A stretch of DNA of 64,000 nucleotides, from positions 194 through 64,193 of the forward strand of contig JAJYIG010000001.1 of NCBI GenBank assembly GCA_021790215.1, given 5' to 3'. Of the stretch, positions 58,210 to 64,000 are shown piece after piece. Every line of letters begins with the position of its first letter. Positions within the stretch are counted from its first letter, which is position 1. The notes below the pieces were generated by a model. The model searched no databases. It was not told where the DNA came from and saw only the letters and a program-made list of their open reading frames with translations. The position numbers and the translations under genes are program-made. The DNA is from a bacterium. GTDB taxonomy: Bacteria > Patescibacteriota > Microgenomatia > UBA8517.

Positions 58210-59049
58210 TCAATAACCAACCTGCCCTTTCCATAATCTTCTTTTAATTTTTCTTAGTGGTGTTTCGAAAAATGCCCTTGTCTCGAAGTACCCCGACATG
58301 GCTTCCCAAGGGCTACTTATAAAATCAGGTTTATTTTCAAAAAATACTTCCGGGTAATAATAATCTAAAGGAAATGGTTTACCAATTTCATATTTTAATT
58401 TTTTCGCCCTCTTAATTACTTCCAGATCGTTTGACCTTTCTCCGCCTCTCGGAAGAAATGTCGCGTGAAGGTATGGTACATCTACAAACTTTAGCTTGTC
58501 AGAATCTCTATCCTGAATCATCTTACCATCACCGTCTGCCCAACCCCAAACCCCGTGAGCTCCCTTTGAGTGAAGTCCGGGAATATTTCTTTTTATAGCA
58601 CGCAAATTATAGTGCCCCACCTTATCTCCGAATTTATACCTACCTGCAGCTTCTTCCTGAAAATGAAAAATATCACCGACTAAATTAATTGTTTGAACAA
58701 CTACCGATTCAATACTTTCCCCCTCATTCTTTATAGTTCCAATGACCTTCTTAATTGAATCTTCAAACCATATTTCATCTGCATCTAGCATTAAAAACCA
58801 GTCAGATTCTGTTTCATCAAGCATTTCTTGCCGGACACCCGTAAACTCTTCTGCTGTTTTTTGCAAACGGCTTTTGAAAATAATTTTGTCCGGATATTTC
58901 TTAGCTAACTCTTTTTCAATTTCGATACTCCCATCTGTACTGCCCGCATCCCAAAGAAGCAATTTATCTACATGATTAATAACTGAAGATACCGAATACC
59001 AAAGCCGTCTTGCTTCGTTTTTAACGAGTGTGTGTGCCCAAATCTTCAT
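58210..59049 (-). CDS. GT-A fold (GT2-like) glycosyltransferase
   Basis: LLWDAGSTDGS ... FLMLDADEIWF (DxD), no TM. Confidence 0.6.
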   Translation of the reverse strand: MKIWAHTLVKNEARRLWYSVSSVINHVDKLLLWDAGSTDGSIEIEKELAKKYPDKIIFKSRLQKTAEEFTGVRQEMLDETESDWFLMLDADEIWFEDSIKKVIGTIKNEGESIESVVVQTINLVGDIFHFQEEAAGRYKFGDKVGHYNLRAIKRNIPGLHSKGAHGVWGWADGDGKMIQDRDSDKLKFVDVPYLHATFLPRGGERSNDLEVIKRAKKLKYEIGKPFPLDYYYPEVFFENKPDFISSPWEAMSGYFETRAFFETPLRKIKRRLWKGQVGY

Positions 59050-59121
59050 AAATCTATTTTACCCCATTTCTTTCTTTAAAACTCGGAGCTATACTTGTAT
59101 CCAACTTAGAACGAGCTTAAA

Positions 59122-60984
59122 ATGTGCGGGGTTGCAGGCATAGCTTACTTCAATAAAAATAAAGAGATTCATCCACACGAGCTAACGTTAATGGCAAAGG
59201 CCCTTATTCATCGGGGACCTGATGATGGAGGAATATTTCTGTCGGAAGATAAACGAGTGGGTTTTGCGTCAAGGAGATTATCCATCATCGACCTATCCAA
59301 AAAGGGCCACCAGCCCATGACATATTTAGATAGATACACAATTACTTATAACGGTGAAATATATAACTTCCAGGAAGAAAAAAGGAAACTTCAAAAACTC
59401 GGCTTTTCCTTCAAATCTGACACTGACACTGAAGTAATCCTTGCCTTATATGCAAAATATGGGAAAAATTGCCTGGAACATCTACGGGGTATGTTTGCTT
59501 TTGTAATTTATGATCATATCGAAAAAACATTATTTATGGCCAGGGACAGAATCGGGAAAAAACCATTAAAGTACTTACTCGATGACCAAAAGATAATTTT
59601 TGCCTCTGAACTCAAAGCAATTCTTACACAAACTGGGATCAAGAAGATTCCGGATTATAATGCAATTCATCTTTACCTGACTTATGGATACACCCCATCC
59701 CCCCTAACCGGATTTGAAGGGATCAAAAAGCTTGAACCCGGAACTTACATATTTATAAATCTTAGAAGAAAAACTTTTGACAAAGTCAGATATTGGCAGC
59801 CCAAGTTTAATAATAAACTTCAACTATCAGAAAAGCAGTGGTGTCAAAAAATATTGGATACACTAACTGAATCCACAAAAATCAGAATGGTTTCAGATGT
59901 CCCGATTGGTGCATTTCTTTCCGGCGGGGTTGACAGTAGCGGTGTTGTCGCCACAATGGCAGAGCTTTCAGGTAAACCCATTGAGACTTTTACAATAGCT
60001 TTTAATAGCAAAGAATATAACGAGGCGCCTTATGCTGCGAGGGTTGCGAAAATGTATAAGACTCACCATCACATTCTAACAGCCAAACCAAAATCGGTAG
60101 ATATCCTGCCGTCAATTGTAAAACAGTATGAAGAACCGTTTTCCGATGCCAGTGCGGTTGTATCCTTCCTGGTATCTGAGATGACCAAAAAATATGTAAC
60201 CGTAGCCCTAAATGGAGATGGTGGAGATGAAAATTTTGCGGGATACCCCAATAGATATATGCGACTCAGACGTGATGTTGATTATGACTTTTGGATACAA
60301 AATATAAGACCGGTTGCTGCGAAACTACTACAAAGTTTTCCGAAAGCAAGAAATTTCTTTGAAAAAGCAAAACTGCCTTTATATATGAGGTTTGCATCAT
60401 ACAATAAAGTTTTCTCTCCGGATGAACTGATGAACCACGCCAGGGGACCAATACTTGATCTTGCCAGACATCAAAATCCATATCAGATTGTAGAATCATG
60501 CTTCAAAACATTTAATGGGAAAGATATAAAAGATGCGGGACTTAAATTTGATTTACTATATTTTCTGCCGGATCAACTTCTTACAAAGATGGATATTGCA
60601 TCAATGGCGGTTTCTCTTGAAGCCAGATCTCCTTTATTGGATCAGAACATGATCGAATTGGCCGGAAAAATTCCTTTTGAGCTCAAAGTTAAAAATGGGG
60701 TATCAAAATATATACTAAAAAAGGCCTTTGAAAAAATTGTACCCAAGGAGTGTCTTTATAGACCCAAGGTGGGTTTTGGTCTTCCTTTAAACAAATGGTT
60801 TTCTGGTACGCTTAATAAATATGCAAAAAGTTTGCTGCTTTCCAAGGATTCTCGGGTTAGCGAAATATTCGACAGAGAATATGTAAAAAATATCGTCGAG
60901 GATAACAACAAACATGACGATTTTGGACCGAGACTTTGGAACTTAATGTGTATGGAGCTTTGGTTCAGAGCTTATTTCACCTAG
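59122..60984 (+). CDS. asnB: Asparagine synthetase B-type glutamine amidotransferase (N-terminal Ntn Cys2 with PP-loop synthetase domain)
   Basis: MCGVAGIAY (Cys2 nucleophile), PP-loop SGGVDSS. 620 aa. It is the only plus-strand gene inside the glycan island. Confidence 0.88.
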   Translation: MCGVAGIAYFNKNKEIHPHELTLMAKALIHRGPDDGGIFLSEDKRVGFASRRLSIIDLSKKGHQPMTYLDRYTITYNGEIYNFQEEKRKLQKLGFSFKSDTDTEVILALYAKYGKNCLEHLRGMFAFVIYDHIEKTLFMARDRIGKKPLKYLLDDQKIIFASELKAILTQTGIKKIPDYNAIHLYLTYGYTPSPLTGFEGIKKLEPGTYIFINLRRKTFDKVRYWQPKFNNKLQLSEKQWCQKILDTLTESTKIRMVSDVPIGAFLSGGVDSSGVVATMAELSGKPIETFTIAFNSKEYNEAPYAARVAKMYKTHHHILTAKPKSVDILPSIVKQYEEPFSDASAVVSFLVSEMTKKYVTVALNGDGGDENFAGYPNRYMRLRRDVDYDFWIQNIRPVAAKLLQSFPKARNFFEKAKLPLYMRFASYNKVFSPDELMNHARGPILDLARHQNPYQIVESCFKTFNGKDIKDAGLKFDLLYFLPDQLLTKMDIASMAVSLEARSPLLDQNMIELAGKIPFELKVKNGVSKYILKKAFEKIVPKECLYRPKVGFGLPLNKWFSGTLNKYAKSLLLSKDSRVSEIFDREYVKNIVEDNNKHDDFGPRLWNLMCMELWFRAYFT

Positions 60985-62527
60985 ATGGGCACATATTTTC
61001 TAAAGATCCTGCGTAAATATATGCCAAATCAACTCCGTTTTCTCTCGCCACATAAGTAGGATTATTCGCCCCATAAAATGCATCCAACTCAGGATCCTTT
61101 TCCAACTGAATATAATAGGCTTCTACAAAAAACAGCTTTTGGTTTTTCCAGTTAGGACTAAAGCGGTATGGGTAATAATATGGAATTGTCGAGTTTCCGC
61201 ATCCTAAAGCACCAATTTCCTTTACTTCAGGGTAGCACTTAAGAATGTAATCCGCCGCCGCCTTAGACCCTTCACAAAGCCCCACAAGGTCATATTTTCT
61301 AGCATTCACGCTTCCGCCTATGAAAACATTATAATAAAGATCGTGGTACGGGAAGAGCGAAATAAACAAATAAAAAAACCAAATAAAAATTGCAGAGATC
61401 GCCACCACTCTTAACCACAACGTCTTTAGCTTACCGGCAGCCCAGACAATAACCCAAGAAGAAAATGCATATATCCACGGCCAGACCGGAAGTTCATACC
61501 GCACACCAAGCTTCTTGGCGGAAAAAGAAATTGAGGCCAAGAATAAAACAATAAATACAGTAATGCTCCCGCCGTGTTTAAAATCGACAATTTTCTTCCT
61601 GACCAAATTTAGGTAGATAAAAACGAGAAGCCCCAAAATGATTATAGGCGGAGTCCTGACCAATATCTCAAAAAGATAATAATAGGGTGGGGGGTTGTTG
61701 GTAAGCTGCCCGAAAAAATAATTATTTATTCCGCCACCAACCAAAGCCGTTTCTCTAAAAAGATATTCAGGTATGGCTAAAAATAAATTTTCCCAGCATG
61801 TCGGCCACGCAAGAGAAATAAAGATAAAGGACAAAAAGACGGAGGATAAGAATTTCGTAAGCTCGTCCTTCCAGTTTTTATAATTTAGAAATATCTGTAA
61901 GAAAAATATCGGAAAGACAAGAATCCCGTCCGGCTTAGTCAAAAAGGCTGTGGCTGCAGTTAGAGAAGAAATAATAACCGACCAATTTCTATTTTTTATC
62001 AAAAGGTAGGAAGAGAGCGAAACAAAAGTAAAAGCCGTTAAGAATATATCATTCATAATCAGCTTACTATTCGCAACAAAAATGGGGTCCAAAAGTAGCA
62101 AAAGAGATGAAACTGCGGCAACCTTCTTATTAGTAAATCTTTTTACGAATAGATAATAAAAGACAATAAAAACTGCCGAGAAAAAAATAACTGCTCCTCT
62201 TCCGGCTATATAATCCTGAAAAACGTTGCGGCTGACAACACTCTGCCCTTTGCCCAAATAAATCAAAGGGAAACCGGAAATCACTGACAAGGGAATTGCA
62301 ATAGCCTCTGTGTCGGTTTTACTCGTCCACCAGGCAGTCTTGAAATAATTAAAGTTCTTAGTTTTTATCGCCAATGCGGTTTCTTTGCCGCGAACCATCC
62401 ACGTAATCTCATCGGGATAGACCGGTGTTTCACTTAAACGATAAAAACGCGTTGCTAAAAATAATCCGAAAAGGATGAGGATAAAAATAATTTCTTTCCG
62501 GTGTCTAACCATGTTACTTGCTTTCAA
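60977..62527 (-). CDS. GT-C fold membrane glycosyltransferase (PMT/ArnT-like)
   Basis: 516 aa polytopic. First loop YPDEITWMVRG (DE motif) with the ArnT/PMT-like architecture. Confidence 0.6.
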   Translation of the reverse strand: MKASNMVRHRKEIIFILILFGLFLATRFYRLSETPVYPDEITWMVRGKETALAIKTKNFNYFKTAWWTSKTDTEAIAIPLSVISGFPLIYLGKGQSVVSRNVFQDYIAGRGAVIFFSAVFIVFYYLFVKRFTNKKVAAVSSLLLLLDPIFVANSKLIMNDIFLTAFTFVSLSSYLLIKNRNWSVIISSLTAATAFLTKPDGILVFPIFFLQIFLNYKNWKDELTKFLSSVFLSFIFISLAWPTCWENLFLAIPEYLFRETALVGGGINNYFFGQLTNNPPPYYYLFEILVRTPPIIILGLLVFIYLNLVRKKIVDFKHGGSITVFIVLFLASISFSAKKLGVRYELPVWPWIYAFSSWVIVWAAGKLKTLWLRVVAISAIFIWFFYLFISLFPYHDLYYNVFIGGSVNARKYDLVGLCEGSKAAADYILKCYPEVKEIGALGCGNSTIPYYYPYRFSPNWKNQKLFFVEAYYIQLEKDPELDAFYGANNPTYVARENGVDLAYIYAGSLENMCPSR

Positions 62528-63800
62528 CCCAGTAGTGCCTTATTACAATCACCCAAGTAAAGACGGCGAGAATTAAATTGGTAGCACCTAAAGTGATAGT
62601 CGGCCCAAAAACCCCAAATTTGGGAATTAAGAAAAAGTTCAGAAGAAATATTGCAGCTATCTGGAAAAAAGAATAGGCACCAATAAAAACAGTTTTCTTC
62701 ATTGCGTAAATAATTGCCGAAACGGATGGAGCAGTAAAAAGAAATGGAATTTGGGCAGCTGCCAAAGCCTGGAAAACAGGAACGGATGCCAAATATTTAG
62801 TCCCAAAAAGGACAAGAATGAAAGGCTTGGCAATTATTATCCAAAATATTATTCCCGCAGTAATCGGTAAGATGGCAAGCGTCGACTTAACAAGGTATTT
62901 CCTCTCACTCATTTTATCTCCGAAGGCAGCAAATCTTGGCGCGAGAACGGAAGAAAAACTCCCGGAAAGAACCACTATAAAAGACGCCAGGCGGGAAGGG
63001 ATCGAGTAAAGTCCTGTCGCAAAAGCACCTGCCATTGTAGCCAACATCTGTATATCAAGCCTTCCGGAAATTGATGAAATGATTCTATTAACCCCGATCC
63101 AGCCGGAAAACTTAAGAAGATTTTTATATTCATTTTTTGTAGGATTAGAAAATATAAAATCGGTTCTTACAAAATAAATTACCAATATCGTCTCTACAAT
63201 AAAGCCCGCCCCAAATGCCCAGAACGCCCTTGAGATGTTTAATCCTCCATAAACATAAAATGCCAACGCAAATAAAAGCCTGCCTATATAAAACGCATTA
63301 TCAATAATTGTTGAGTGCAGGAATTTCTTCTTGGCTTGGAGAATGTAAGGAAAAAACATATCGGGAAATATAAATATCGGTATAATTGCGGCCCATACAG
63401 CAACTGAAGGGTCGCGGGTAGCCAAAAGTTTTGTTGAGACAAAGGGTGCAAAAATTATCACAACAGCCGAAATCGCAAGAACTATCAAAATCCTGATTAC
63501 AAAAGATGCTTTTACATACTCATCAGCTTTCTTGCTATCACCTTTTGCAAAATGCTCAGAAACAAAGTTAACAGAACCTGAAGATATTCCGACATCGGCC
63601 AATGAGGACAGGATTGTAACTAAATTAATCGCTGCCGAGAAAATCCCGAATTCCGCAATAGAAACAGCGCGAGCAATAAATAGGGTAAATAAAAAACCCC
63701 AAAAAGCAGAAGCGGTGTTGCCGACAAAAAGAATAAAGGTATCTTTGGCAGTTGCAGAAAAAAGGGCGGATCTAACCCAGTCAAAATATTTCCTCATCAA
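62514..63800 (-). CDS. Wzx-like oligosaccharide flippase (MOP superfamily polysaccharide biosynthesis protein)
   Basis: 428 aa with about 12-14 TM; N-terminal region FILFVGNTASAFWGFLFTLFIARAVSIAEFGIFSA is typical of Wzx/RfbX. Confidence 0.65.
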   Translation of the reverse strand: MMRKYFDWVRSALFSATAKDTFILFVGNTASAFWGFLFTLFIARAVSIAEFGIFSAAINLVTILSSLADVGISSGSVNFVSEHFAKGDSKKADEYVKASFVIRILIVLAISAVVIIFAPFVSTKLLATRDPSVAVWAAIIPIFIFPDMFFPYILQAKKKFLHSTIIDNAFYIGRLLFALAFYVYGGLNISRAFWAFGAGFIVETILVIYFVRTDFIFSNPTKNEYKNLLKFSGWIGVNRIISSISGRLDIQMLATMAGAFATGLYSIPSRLASFIVVLSGSFSSVLAPRFAAFGDKMSERKYLVKSTLAILPITAGIIFWIIIAKPFILVLFGTKYLASVPVFQALAAAQIPFLFTAPSVSAIIYAMKKTVFIGAYSFFQIAAIFLLNFFLIPKFGVFGPTITLGATNLILAVFTWVIVIRHYWVESK

Positions 63801-63896
63801 TATAGATTATAGATTATCCAAAATAAATTCCAAATAACAAGTTCCAAGATCCAAACAAGAAACTAAATCATAAATCACAAGATCCAAGAACCAAGA

Positions 63897-64000
63897 ATGC
63901 GAAACTACTTGGATTTAGAGATTATCGAGGAAAGAATGTTTCTAAGCTCTACACACTCTTTAATTAAATTTTTGAATTCAGAATCAAATTCAGAATTGGC
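63897..64000 (+). CDS. Possible 5' end of a plus-strand gene running off the right edge (34 codons, no stop in window)
   Basis: The ATG at 63897 opens MRNYLDLEIIEERMFLSSTHSLIKFLNSESNSEL...; no clear SD; divergent from the flippase gene. Confidence 0.2.
   Translation, partial: MRNYLDLEIIEERMFLSSTHSLIKFLNSESNSEL

Noticed and set aside
1-64000. Search for CRISPR arrays, tRNA/rRNA genes, transposases and integrases
   Set aside because: No intergenic gap exceeds about 270 bp and none contains regularly spaced repeats. No T-loop-like GTTCGAATC-type tRNA signatures were seen. No ORF shows DDE, tyrosine or serine recombinase motifs. The window appears free of mobile elements and stable RNA genes, with the possible exception of 33352..33619.

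Overview
Low-GC, gene-dense bacterial fragment in which about 58 of 62 genes are on the minus strand and neighbouring genes often overlap by 4-60 nt. Small proteins, fused enzymes and a weak Shine-Dalgarno signal fit a small-genome, CPR/Patescibacteria-like organism, but this is inference. I found no rRNA, tRNA, CRISPR array, transposase or integrase. The window has three parts. (1) Positions 1-27.5 kb hold ileS plus a SEDS protein, then an unusually expanded division/cell-wall (dcw) cluster read high-to-low on the minus strand. Its order is mraZ, rsmH, ftsL-like, ftsI, murA, yvcK-like, murE fused to a GlmU-type uridyltransferase domain, a murC-murB fusion, murD, murI, murF-like, alpha/beta hydrolase, DegT-like aminotransferase, FemAB-family transferase, mraY, ftsW, murG, ftsQ, ftsA, ftsZ and an Rpf-like ORF. 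A candidate MraZ operator of three ATGGT repeats at 10-bp spacing sits in the promoter. (2) Positions 27.5-38.4 kb are housekeeping and accessory genes: glyQS, TspO, an LCP-family protein, a Cas4-like Fe-S PD-(D/E)XK nuclease, a cupin, a DEDD exonuclease, znuBC-like ABC genes, a short recO and a 677-aa membrane-anchored protein. (3) Positions 38.4-63.8 kb are a roughly 25 kb contiguous glycan-assembly island. It contains an initiating phosphoglycosyltransferase, manC, six GT4 and four or five GT2/GT-A enzymes, three clear plus two possible PMT/ArnT-like GT-C membrane enzymes, an O-antigen-ligase-like protein, a Wzx-like flippase, a hexapeptide acetyltransferase, a peptidase S51 and an antisense asnB-type amidotransferase. 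I read this as a lipid-linked, extracytoplasmic mannosylation or glycan-decoration system and as the most system-like novelty in the window. The other main novelties are the two Mur fusions and the FemAB, DegT and hydrolase insertion in the dcw cluster.
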